From: Synechocystis sp. PCC 6803 substr. PCC-P
GTDB lineage: Bacteria; Cyanobacteriota; Cyanobacteriia; Cyanobacteriales; Microcystaceae
Reading direction: 5' to 3'
Length of the DNA: 32,000 nt
Assembly (NCBI RefSeq): GCF_000284455.1
Contig: NC_017039.1
Span: forward strand, 1,470,001 to 1,502,000
Part shown: in pieces, positions 9,491 to 17,870 of the stretch
Layout: each line of letters starts with the position of its first letter
Numbering within the stretch: the stretch's first letter is position 1
Program-made: the position numbers and the translations under genes
The notes under the pieces: model-generated
Seen by the model: only the letters and a program-made list of their open reading frames with translations
Told to the model about the DNA's origin: nothing
Databases searched by the model: none

Positions 9491-10411
9491 CTAGACTTGA
9501 TCTACCACCACAGTCTGATTTTCATCGTCTTCCGGATTTGGCCCCGAGCGTTTGCGCCATTCCTGGGCCAAAATGCCATACTTGGGTGCACCAATCATGG
9601 CTATTACGAATAGCGTTGTCAGGATAACCACAATCATGCCCCCGGTCGAAACATCAAAGTGATAGCTCAAATAGGTGCCAAGCACACAGGACAGTACACT
9701 GCTGACGACCGAGTACCAAAGCATATGATCAAAGCGATCGCTGAGCAGATAGCCAATGGATCCTGGAGTGACCAGCATGGAAATTACTAAAATAATGCCC
9801 GCTGTTTGTAAAGCCGCCACAATGGTGAGGGCCAGAACCGACAACAGCGTGTAATACATCACTTGGGTGCGTAGACCGATCGCCTTGGCATGGTTTGGAT
9901 CAAAACAAAACAAGAGCAGGTCCTTGCGGCGCAACAAAATCACGATTAGGGTAATGGAGCCAGCAATCAAGGTTTGGATGATGTCTTGTTGAGAAATGCC
10001 CAGCACATTGCCAAACAGAATATGGAATAGGTCAACATTACTAGGAATTTTGGTCACCAACACTAATCCAAGGGCAAAAAATCCCGTAAAGACAATGCCA
10101 ATGACTGCATCCTCCTTTAACCGGGTTTTAGACTTGACGTAACCGATCGCCACCGTTGCCCCAAAGCCAAAGGTAAAAGCTCCAATGGCAAAGGGAATAT
10201 TCAAGGCATAGGCCAGCACTACACCGGGGACCACTGCATGGGAAATGGCATCCCCCATTAAGGACCAACCTTTGAGAGTGATGTAGCAAGAGAGCACCGC
10301 ACACACTAGTCCCACAAAGGCGCTCACCCAAATTGCCCGGATTAAAAATTCATATTGCAAAGGCTCCACTAACCAATGCCAAAAGGGAAAGGCCACCACT
10401 AACTGATTCAC
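9491..10411 (-). CDS. mntB: Manganese ABC transporter permease
   Basis: 306-aa polytopic protein of the ZnuB/MntB (ABC-3) type. Its GTG start overlaps the mntA stop (GTGA), which implies translational coupling. Confidence 0.9.
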   Translation of the reverse strand: MNQLVVAFPFWHWLVEPLQYEFLIRAIWVSAFVGLVCAVLSCYITLKGWSLMGDAISHAVVPGVVLAYALNIPFAIGAFTFGFGATVAIGYVKSKTRLKEDAVIGIVFTGFFALGLVLVTKIPSNVDLFHILFGNVLGISQQDIIQTLIAGSITLIVILLRRKDLLLFCFDPNHAKAIGLRTQVMYYTLLSVLALTIVAALQTAGIILVISMLVTPGSIGYLLSDRFDHMLWYSVVSSVLSCVLGTYLSYHFDVSTGGMIVVILTTLFVIAMIGAPKYGILAQEWRKRSGPNPEDDENQTVVVDQV

Positions 10412-11190
10412 GCATCTACCTCTGTCGATTCAAACATCTGATTCAGACTCAGCATTGGTAGCCCACCAAAAGTCAGTTCCAAATTTTCTTTGGTGAAGGT
10501 TTCTTCAGTTTTACCCTGGGCCAAAATAGTGCGGTTGAGCAGAATGGTGTGGTCACAAAAGGTGGAAATGGAGGCCAAATCATGGGTAGAAATCAGAATG
10601 GTGTGCCCCTCATCCCGCAGTTCCATGAGTAAATCAATCATGCCTTTTTCTGTTTTCACATCAACCCCGGTAAAAGGCTCATCTAACAGAATTACCTTGC
10701 CTTCCTGGGCCAAGGCCCGGGCCAAAAATGCCCGCTTCTTTTGACCGCCGGAAAGTTCCCCAATTTGGCGATCGCGGTATTTCACCATGCCCACCCGCTC
10801 TAGACTTTCCATCACCAAACGACGGTCTTTGGCGCTAGGAATACGCAACACATTCATATAGCCATAGCGCCCCATCATCACCACATCAAACACACTGACC
10901 GGAAAGTTCCAGTCCACCTCATCAGCTTGGGGAACGTAGGCCATCAACTGTTGCTTTTGGGCCTTTTGTACGGAAAAGCCACCAATGCGTACCCGTCCCT
11001 GACTCGGTTGCAAAAACCCCATGATGGATTTGAACAGAGTCGATTTACCACTGCCATTGGGCCCCACCAGGGCGGTAATGGTGCCGGGTTCAACGGTGCA
11101 GGTAGCGTTATAAAGGGCCAAACGGGCGTTGTTATAGGTAACGCTGACACCATCGACGGATATATCAAGACGAGATAGGGTGGCTGCCAT
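10408..11190 (-). CDS. mntA: Manganese ABC transporter ATP-binding protein
   Basis: Walker [10 protein letters not shown], signature LSGGQKKR, Walker B ILLDEP. Confidence 0.92.
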   Translation of the reverse strand: MAATLSRLDISVDGVSVTYNNARLALYNATCTVEPGTITALVGPNGSGKSTLFKSIMGFLQPSQGRVRIGGFSVQKAQKQQLMAYVPQADEVDWNFPVSVFDVVMMGRYGYMNVLRIPSAKDRRLVMESLERVGMVKYRDRQIGELSGGQKKRAFLARALAQEGKVILLDEPFTGVDVKTEKGMIDLLMELRDEGHTILISTHDLASISTFCDHTILLNRTILAQGKTEETFTKENLELTFGGLPMLSLNQMFESTEVDA

Positions 11191-11288
11191 GGCAAAAGAG
11201 GGGTTCAGATTTTAGGTAGTGGTAAATCGTCAAGATTAAGTCCAGTTGATTACAGAAAAACTCAACGTGTCAAAACACAAAGTTGTTT

Positions 11289-12281
11289 TCATTGCTGGGC
11301 ATTGGTACCGGCCAAAAGACCGTTGGTAATCACCCGGGCATCATATTCCAGCAAATCTAAAAAGGTGGGCACAGGGCCTTCCTCTGTGGAAAGGGAGTCA
11401 ACATAGAGATTGCCGCCAAAGCGAGCGCCGGTGGCCTGGGCTACCTGTTTTTGCCCCTTATCGCTGACGGTACTTTCACAAAAGATTGTTGGTACATTAT
11501 TGGTTTTCACCTCCTCAATCACGGTTTGCACTTGCTTGGGGGTAAACTGCTGTTCGGCATTAATTGGCCACATGTAAATCTCCTCCATACCGTAATCTCT
11601 GGCCAAATAGGAAAACGCTCCTTCGCAACTCACCAAAAACCGCTGGTTGGCGGGCACTTGTTCCAAATCCGCTCCCAGTTGGCGATCGATCGCCTTTAAC
11701 TGCTCGCTGTAGACTGCTGCATTGGCGTTGTAATATTTGGCATTGTCCGGGTCAAGTTCGACGAAGGCTTGGCGGATATTTTCCACATAGACCAGGGCAT
11801 TACGGGGCGACATCCAGGCGTGGGGATTGGGCTTATCGGTATAGGGGCCGTCGGCGATCGGAATCGGTTCGATGCCTTCCGTTAGCACCACAGAGGGCAC
11901 ATCCTTCACGTTGCCCAAAAATTGCTCGAACCAACGCTCTAGGTTCATGCCGTTGTAAAGGATTAAGTCTGCGTCCTGAGCCTTGACAATGTCACTGGGA
12001 GTCGGCTCATAACCGTGGATCTCTGCACCAATGCGAGTGATGGATTCCACCACTAACTTGTCTCCGGCAACATTCTGGACCATGTCGGCCAATACGGTGA
12101 AGGTGGTTAAAACCTTCTTTTTCTCCTCTGTTTCCCCCTGGACTTCTGTGGTTACGGCTGTCACTTCTTCGCTGGGAGCATTGGATGTCGTGACTTCCGC
12201 CGTGCCACAACCGGTCAGCCAAAAGGCGATCGCCAAACCAGACGCCAGCAGTCCTCCCCGGGAAGCAAATGATGTTGCCAT
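11289..12281 (-). CDS. mntC: Manganese ABC transporter periplasmic solute-binding lipoprotein
   Basis: Lipobox FWLTGC. Cluster A-I (PsaA/ZnuA-like) solute-binding fold with HGYEP and NPHAWMSP metal-ligand motifs. It is the first gene of the mntCAB operon. Confidence 0.9.
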   Translation of the reverse strand: MATSFASRGGLLASGLAIAFWLTGCGTAEVTTSNAPSEEVTAVTTEVQGETEEKKKVLTTFTVLADMVQNVAGDKLVVESITRIGAEIHGYEPTPSDIVKAQDADLILYNGMNLERWFEQFLGNVKDVPSVVLTEGIEPIPIADGPYTDKPNPHAWMSPRNALVYVENIRQAFVELDPDNAKYYNANAAVYSEQLKAIDRQLGADLEQVPANQRFLVSCEGAFSYLARDYGMEEIYMWPINAEQQFTPKQVQTVIEEVKTNNVPTIFCESTVSDKGQKQVAQATGARFGGNLYVDSLSTEEGPVPTFLDLLEYDARVITNGLLAGTNAQQ

Positions 12282-12399
12282 AGTGATAATGGTCTTTCAT
12301 GATCATCTCATTTTTCATTATCTTCTCATAATTGCAGTGAAAACGGGGAGTTAAAATTTCTTAACTTTTACCAACTGGTAAGCTCGTGGGCTTTTTCTG

Positions 12400-13090
12400 A
12401 CCACTAAAACTTTCTGCTTTTTACATGCTCAGAACGGGGTGTGCCTGGCGACTTGTACCCCACGATTTTCCTAAATGGCGAACGGTCTATGGTTATTTCC
12501 AGCCATGGCACGAAGATGGTACCTGGAAAAAATTAAACCGTATCTTCCGTGAGAAAGTTCGGCTCAAAGCTGGAAGAAATACTCACCCTAGTGCCGGTTG
12601 TTTAGATTCACAGTCACTCAAAAGGGCTTGAACTGGCCAAGAACCTGGCTATGACGGTGGAAAAAAGGTCAATGGTCGTAAACGTACAATCCTTGTGGAT
12701 ACCATGGGATTAATTCTCGATGTTGTCGTCCATGGTGCCCATCGCTCCGACCATCAGGGTCTGATTCTACTTGGCACCTGGTTTGCTCCCCTTTGGCAGT
12801 GCCTGCAAGTTATATGGACTGACAGTACCTTTGGCGGAAAGGATTTTATCCATTGGGCGGAGCATACTTTTGGTTGGACCTTGAATGTGGTCAGCAAAAA
12901 GTAGGGACAAAAAGGCTTTGAAGTCCTACCCCGCCGTTGGGCAGTCGAGCGCACCTTTGCTTGGTTTGGACGTTATCGTCGTTTAAGTAAGGATTATGAA
13001 TATTTACCTACCACCAGTGAGACAATGCTCTATGTTGCCATGGTTCATCTTATGCCTCAAAGGCTTGCTTAAAACTTTTCAAACACTTTC
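12400..13090 (+). mobile_element. Decayed IS5-family (IS427/IS1031-like) insertion sequence, 5'-truncated and with an inactivated transposase
   Basis: DDE transposase motifs appear in three pieces. The first is LRTGCAWRLVPHDFPKW... at 12425-12631. After a frameshift, GYDGGKKVNGRKRTILVDTMGLILDVVVHGA... follows, ending at TAG 12902-12904. The same frame then continues through [21 protein letters not shown] to TAA at 13070-13072. The right terminus ACTTTTCAAACACTTTC ends at 13090. No left terminal repeat is present. Confidence 0.8.
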
Positions 13091-13105
13091 CTAGGCTTGC
13101 AAAGA

Positions 13106-13222
13106 CTAGAATTTGCTCCCTGCAATGCAAAGCCGCAGTACGTAATACTGTTCTTTGGATTTTGTAAGAAGGTGCTCAAATATTTCTGTAATTGCGGGTT
13201 TTAAATCCTCCGGAACATTCAT
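13106..13222 (-). pseudogene. 38-codon stub resembling the N-terminus of a KaiB/SasA-type thioredoxin-like domain, ending 16 nt from the IS terminus
   Basis: The ATG at 13220-13222 lies 17 nt downstream of the kaiB2 stop. The translation is MNVPEDLKPAITEIFEHLLTKSKEQYYVLRLCIAGSKF*. YVLRLCIAG mirrors the KaiB beta-1 signature (WQLRLYVAG in the adjacent kaiB2). Confidence 0.35.
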
Positions 13223-13239
13223 TGCGACAACCTAAAATG

Positions 13240-13566
13240 CTAGATTTTCCAATCCATAGAGGGTAAAATTTGTAAGCCCACTAATACCTTTTCTGTATTG
13301 GACAAATCACCAATAATTTTTTTGATTGGTTCGGGTAATTTTCTTACTAAAGTAGGCAATGCCAAAATACTATCTTCAATCGCCAATTCAGGTTGTTGGG
13401 TCAAATCGATGATTTCAATTTGGTATTGACCGTTTAGATATTCTTCACAAATCTTTTTTAAATTTATAAAAGCTGTGACGGATTTAGGAGTTTGTCCCGC
13501 TACATACAGACGCAGTTGCCAAACTTCCAAGTTTTGATTGCCAGATAGAGCGTTTAAATTTTCCAT
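13240..13566 (-). CDS. kaiB2: Circadian-clock protein KaiB homolog (KaiB2 type)
   Basis: 108 aa, with the KaiB signature [12 protein letters not shown] and [10 protein letters not shown]. It lies 20 nt downstream of kaiC2 on the same strand. Confidence 0.92.
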
Positions 13567-13586
13567 AATAGAAGACTCTTCAGTAC

Positions 13587-15293
13587 TTAGGGGTTTTGAT
13601 AAATGTGGCGAGACTTTTTAATCAGATTACGGTTGGCCAACATTGTTTGTTTGAATTCTTTCTCCTCTAACATTAGTACTTCTAATTCCTCATCTTGACT
13701 GGCTAGTTTCATTTGGAGGGCATCAATCTTCGCCTGCAGTAAGTACTTTTTTCGCTCAAAATTCCGTTTGCTGAGTTCTAGGGCCTGTTGCCGCCTTTTG
13801 GCGATCGCCTCTTCTTCTAAAATTTGATTAATCCTTTGGGTACCTGTTAGTACTTGCCCTTCACCAATATAAGCTTCAATCAAATCTACCCCATCATTAC
13901 TAAGGATGAATTCCCGCACTTGGTTGGAGTGGGCCATGCCCCTAGATTTCAAAATATAGAGAATACGATTTCTTTCTCCATTTATTCTCAGGGTCTGTAA
14001 CTCCAGCCATGTATCCATTAAGGAAGAAACACCAACTTCTGTTTGTTCATTATCATATCCCACATTGCCGCCGGTCAAATCCGTCAAAAATACGGTAATC
14101 TTTTGGCTTTTTAGATAATCAATTAGACGCATGAAAAAGTTTTTTGTTTGATTTAAATTGCCACTAGTAATTAGGTTACTCATTGGATCAACTACCACCA
14201 AGCTTGGCTTAAAATTCCTGACCCAACTATGAATCTTAAACAGACGCATCTCTAAATTATAATTAGTAGGACGAGTGGCATCAAATTGTAGTAATTGGCT
14301 GTCTAAATAGGGCGATAAATCTAGACCAATGGAATTTAAATTGCGGCAAATTTGTTGGGGCGATTCTTCGGTAGCAAGATATAAACATCGTTCTCCCCGT
14401 AAGCAAGTTGCCTGGGCAAAAAAGGCCGCCAGGGTAGTTTTGCCAGTGCCAGCTCTCCCGGTTACTAAAATGCTACTGCCACGGTAATAACCCTGCCCGC
14501 CAAACATATCATCCAATTGGGGAATGCCAGTGGAAATTCGCTCCTGGGAGACGCTGTGATTGAGAATCAGGGAAGTGATAGGCAACACGGAAATGCCATT
14601 TTCTTCGATCAAAAAAGGATATTCATTATTGCTATGGCGTGAGCCTCGATATTTAACGACCTGAATAGTTCTGGTGGCAACCTCTTCCACAGTTTTTTGA
14701 TCGAGTTTAATAACACAATCAGACACGTATTCTTCCAGGCCTTGCCTAGTTAAATTTTTGTCGCCCCGTTCCCCTGTGATCACTGCGGTAACGCCTTTTT
14801 GCTTTAACCAATGGAATAAACGACGTAATTCTGCTCGGACAATATTGGTATTCTCTAAGCCAGAAAAAAGAACTTCAATTGTATCTAAAAGGATTCGCTT
14901 TGCACCAATTTTATTAATGGCATAGCCTAAGCGAATAAATAGGGCTTCGAGGTCATATTCTCCTGTTTCTTGAATTTCGCTAGCTTCAACATAAATATGA
15001 TCAATTAAAATTTTTTCTTCGGCAACTAAATCTTGTAAATTCCACCCTAAGGACGCCACATTTTGAATGATCTCTTTGGCGCTTTCTTCAAAGGAAACTA
15101 AAACCCCTGGCTCTCCATATTCCACTGCCCCCCGCACTAAAAATTCCACCCCAAATAGAGTTTTACCACAACCGGCTGAACCACAAATGAGGGTTGGTCG
15201 GCCCTGGGGTAAACCACCGTTGGTAATTTCATCAAAACCTTGAATCCCGGTGGGGCATTTAATTAGAGAGAGACTTTGGCTGTTATCTGTCAT
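13587..15293 (-). CDS. kaiC2: KaiC homolog (KaiC2 type) with a C-terminal extension of about 50 aa
   Basis: Duplicated RecA-like domains with Walker A GSAGCGKT (CI) and GRAGTGKT (CII). The phospho-site region reads GVSSLMDTW (Ser-Ser). At 568 aa it is longer than the roughly 519 aa of canonical KaiC. The tail is rich in heptad-like charged and hydrophobic residues. Confidence 0.92.
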
Positions 15294-15715
15294 GATTTTT
15301 ACGGATTCAATTTACTTGCCAGCATTGCCAATGGTGTTTAAATTTATGTTTGAGTTTTTGTCGTAATTATGTTCGCACAATATTCCCACTATTAATTTGC
15401 CGAGATTGAGCAATGATCACACCGTAGGCATGGGCTACTCCGATCGCCATTGTTGTCAACTGCCCGACCAAGGCCAACCCCATGACTTCAGTAATAACTT
15501 TTTGTCACATTAGCGGACCCAGACCCCAGCAACAGAAAGTGCCTTAGTCGGGTATGGTGAAATTTACCTAATTTTCCGCCTGAGTTCCATTTAGAAGCTA
15601 GTTGACCATGGAATTGGCCCCATGGACCCATACAGTCACGGCAATAGTATCCATTAAAACTGCGATCCCCGGCTACTACAATCAAGTTATTCCCCCCTCA
15701 ACCATTGCTTAAACC

Positions 15716-16438
15716 ATGGCAGAAAAACTATCTTCCTCACCACCAGCCCGGAACATTTTTCAGCGACTACCGCTTCTGGGGACTGGGGGCGTAGTTCTAA
15801 CCATGGCGATCGCCGTTATGGGCATTGTCCAGGGTCTACGTACCATCAGCCCTTGGCTCCGCATCGGCAATAATCAGGCCAAGGCGGAAATTTCTACCCT
15901 CGTGGTGCAGCAAATCCGGGCAGTGAGTGAACTAACCACCACCATTTTTGCCATGGAAACCGTAGTGCCCACTAGTCAGGAACGGCAATGGGGTAATTTC
16001 ACCCTGGGGCGCACCGACTTACTCTACATTGGCTACGGGGAAGTGCGGGCCGGCATTGATCTAGCCGAGATAAATGAACAAAGTATTCAACAACAGGGAG
16101 AAACGCTAATTGTCACCCTGCCGCCGCCGCAAATTCTTGACCAAAAAATTGATGTGGAACGCTCCCGCATTTACCACTATGACCGGGGATTTTTAAACCT
16201 AGGACCCGACACTGTTCCGGAGCTACAAACTTTGGCCCAACGGCAGACCCTAGCCAAAATCACCGCCGCCGCCTGTGACCAAGGCATTTTGAACCAGGCT
16301 AACCAGAAGGCCGAAGTGGCCCTAGCGAGTTTATTGAAAAACACAGGGCACCGGCAGGTGGAAATTAAAACCACTAACCCCACCGTTTGCGCCATCCCCT
16401 CCGCCCAGGGTTTATCCAGGGACAAAATCAATGGTTAA
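15716..16438 (+). CDS. Hypothetical membrane-anchored protein, DUF4230-like
   Basis: 240-aa ORF with an N-terminal TM helix (GTGGVVLTMAIAVMGIV). The block YGEVRAGIDLAEI...LIVTLPPPQIL resembles DUF4230 from memory. Confidence 0.65.
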   Translation: MAEKLSSSPPARNIFQRLPLLGTGGVVLTMAIAVMGIVQGLRTISPWLRIGNNQAKAEISTLVVQQIRAVSELTTTIFAMETVVPTSQERQWGNFTLGRTDLLYIGYGEVRAGIDLAEINEQSIQQQGETLIVTLPPPQILDQKIDVERSRIYHYDRGFLNLGPDTVPELQTLAQRQTLAKITAAACDQGILNQANQKAEVALASLLKNTGHRQVEIKTTNPTVCAIPSAQGLSRDKING

Positions 16439-16472
16439 AGCAGATAAAATTGTTAAAAATCAATCAAGGTGA

Positions 16473-17423
16473 TTAAAGAACTAACTTCACAGGGGTTTGT
16501 TGGGTCGTTAATTGCTCTGCAAACGGAGCCGGCATATTTTTGGTAACGGCCATGAGATAGTCCAAAAAGGTTTGGGTAATCACCGACAGTTGTTTACCCG
16601 CTAGGTTAGCCACGTACCAACGCCGCTTGATAGGAAATTCGTCAATGTCCAAAATTGTCAGCTCACTGCGGGCTCCCTCCGATACCAGGGTATGTTGGGA
16701 CAACACAGAAATGCCCATGCCACCGGCGATCGCCTGTTTAATCGCTTCATTACTACCCAATTCCAACCGCACCCGCACATCCACATAATGGCGGTGGAAC
16801 AAATTTTGTACTGCTAAACGAGTACCGGAGCCTTTTTCCCGCATAATAAACGCTTCATCATTTAACGCCGTGATGGGGATATTGCTTTTCCCAGCTAGGG
16901 GGTGGTCCCGACGGGCAATGACCACTAAAGGATTGTCGAGGAAAGGCTGGTAATTGAGATCAATTTCCTCCGGCGGCTCACTAACAATGTACAAATCATC
17001 TTCATTGTTTTGCATCCGGTGACGAATCTGCTCATGGTTAGTCACCTTGAGGGATACTTCAATGCCGGGATACTTTTGGATAAATTCCCCCAGTAAACGA
17101 GGAATGAAATATTTGGCTGTGGTAATCACTGCCAAGCGTAAACGCCCCTGTTTTGTGCCCTTAATATCCGCCACTTTCATGGCAAAATTGTCCAGTCGCT
17201 GAAAAATATCTTGGCAAGTTACCAACAATTCTTGCCCCGCCTCGGTGAGGTAAAGCCGTTTGCCAATCTGCTCAAACAGAGGAAGTCCGACAGTTTTAGA
17301 TAACTGTTTAATTTGACTAGAAACGGTCGGCTGGGTAATGTAAAGTTCTTCTGCTGCCCTGGTGAAACTGCCATGTCTAGCGGTGGCTTCAAAAACTTTT
17401 AATTGGTGTAAGGTTGCTTGCAT
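16473..17423 (-). CDS. ndhR: LysR-type transcriptional regulator of the CbbR/RbcR clade (NdhR/CcmR)
   Basis: N-terminal HTH MQATLHQLKVFEATARHGSFTRAAEELYITQPTVSSQIKQL plus a LysR substrate-binding domain. It is divergent from nhaS1, as I recall for sll1594. Confidence 0.85.
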   Translation of the reverse strand: MQATLHQLKVFEATARHGSFTRAAEELYITQPTVSSQIKQLSKTVGLPLFEQIGKRLYLTEAGQELLVTCQDIFQRLDNFAMKVADIKGTKQGRLRLAVITTAKYFIPRLLGEFIQKYPGIEVSLKVTNHEQIRHRMQNNEDDLYIVSEPPEEIDLNYQPFLDNPLVVIARRDHPLAGKSNIPITALNDEAFIMREKGSGTRLAVQNLFHRHYVDVRVRLELGSNEAIKQAIAGGMGISVLSQHTLVSEGARSELTILDIDEFPIKRRWYVANLAGKQLSVITQTFLDYLMAVTKNMPAPFAEQLTTQQTPVKLVL

Positions 17424-17586
17424 GTCCTTGACGAAGATGGTGATTTAGATGGGGGGACAATTTGAAGGGGCAGATTAATTTTTTTCAAGCCCGCACTGAA
17501 CAGGAACCTAAACTAAGTTTCGGTAATTTTCAGTTGTCGGTCCTGGCTGGGCTTGGGTCTAGGATGTGCTGAAGTCAATAACTAAA

Positions 17587-17602
17587 ATAGACCTATGGCT
17601 AT
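17587..17602. promoter_or_regulatory. Candidate NdhR/LysR operator ATAG-N8-CTAT
   Basis: ATAGACCTATGGCTAT lies in the ndhR-nhaS1 divergent intergenic region and fits the T-N11-A LysR box. It also matches the ATAG-N8-CTAT consensus I recall for NdhR. A partial repeat ATAGACCT starts at 17616. Confidence 0.45.
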
Positions 17603-17870
17603 TACACTCACTTTCATAGACCTGGGATTGTTGTTAGATAACCAATGATAGAATAAAGCCAATGATTTTGACAAGCTTAGTCCGGGGAGTTGGCATTGAT
17701 AAACCGCCACCTGGGGCCGAGGCCCGATTCTCAGTCCCATGACAGAACTGTTGACTAACGCAAATCAGCTTAGGCGGCCATGAACTGACCCGGACCCAAA
17801 GGTTTATTTTGCCCTCAGAGCGGAGTGGCCCCATAATGGGGGAGATTTCAGTCAGAAAGGAGCCTACACC

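Noticed and set aside
13091-13109. CTAG-GCTTGCAAAGA-CTAG between the IS end and the KaiB-like stub, as a possible solo terminal repeat of a second IS
   Set aside because: This is only 19 bp, with no second copy in the window to compare. It cannot be distinguished from chance without a genome-wide search.
13240-15293. The idea that the KaiC-like ATPase plus its small partner might be a novel defence or NTPase system rather than a clock-type module
   Set aside because: The small gene carries the full KaiB signature. The large one is a bona fide double-domain KaiC with both Walker A motifs and the phospho-site region. No nuclease, toxin or other effector-like gene accompanies them.
15488-15685. 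65-aa ORF upstream of kaiC2 on the minus strand
   Set aside because: The composition is odd (Gly/His/Cys/Trp-rich), there is no family resemblance, and it runs into the start region of the divergent DUF4230-like gene. I treat it as chance.
17634-17834. 66-aa ORF on the minus strand in the ndhR-nhaS1 intergenic region
   Set aside because: There is no recognisable family motif or obvious ribosome-binding site. It overlaps the probable nhaS1 promoter/leader and the repeated CCAATGAT boxes, so it is more likely non-coding regulatory DNA.
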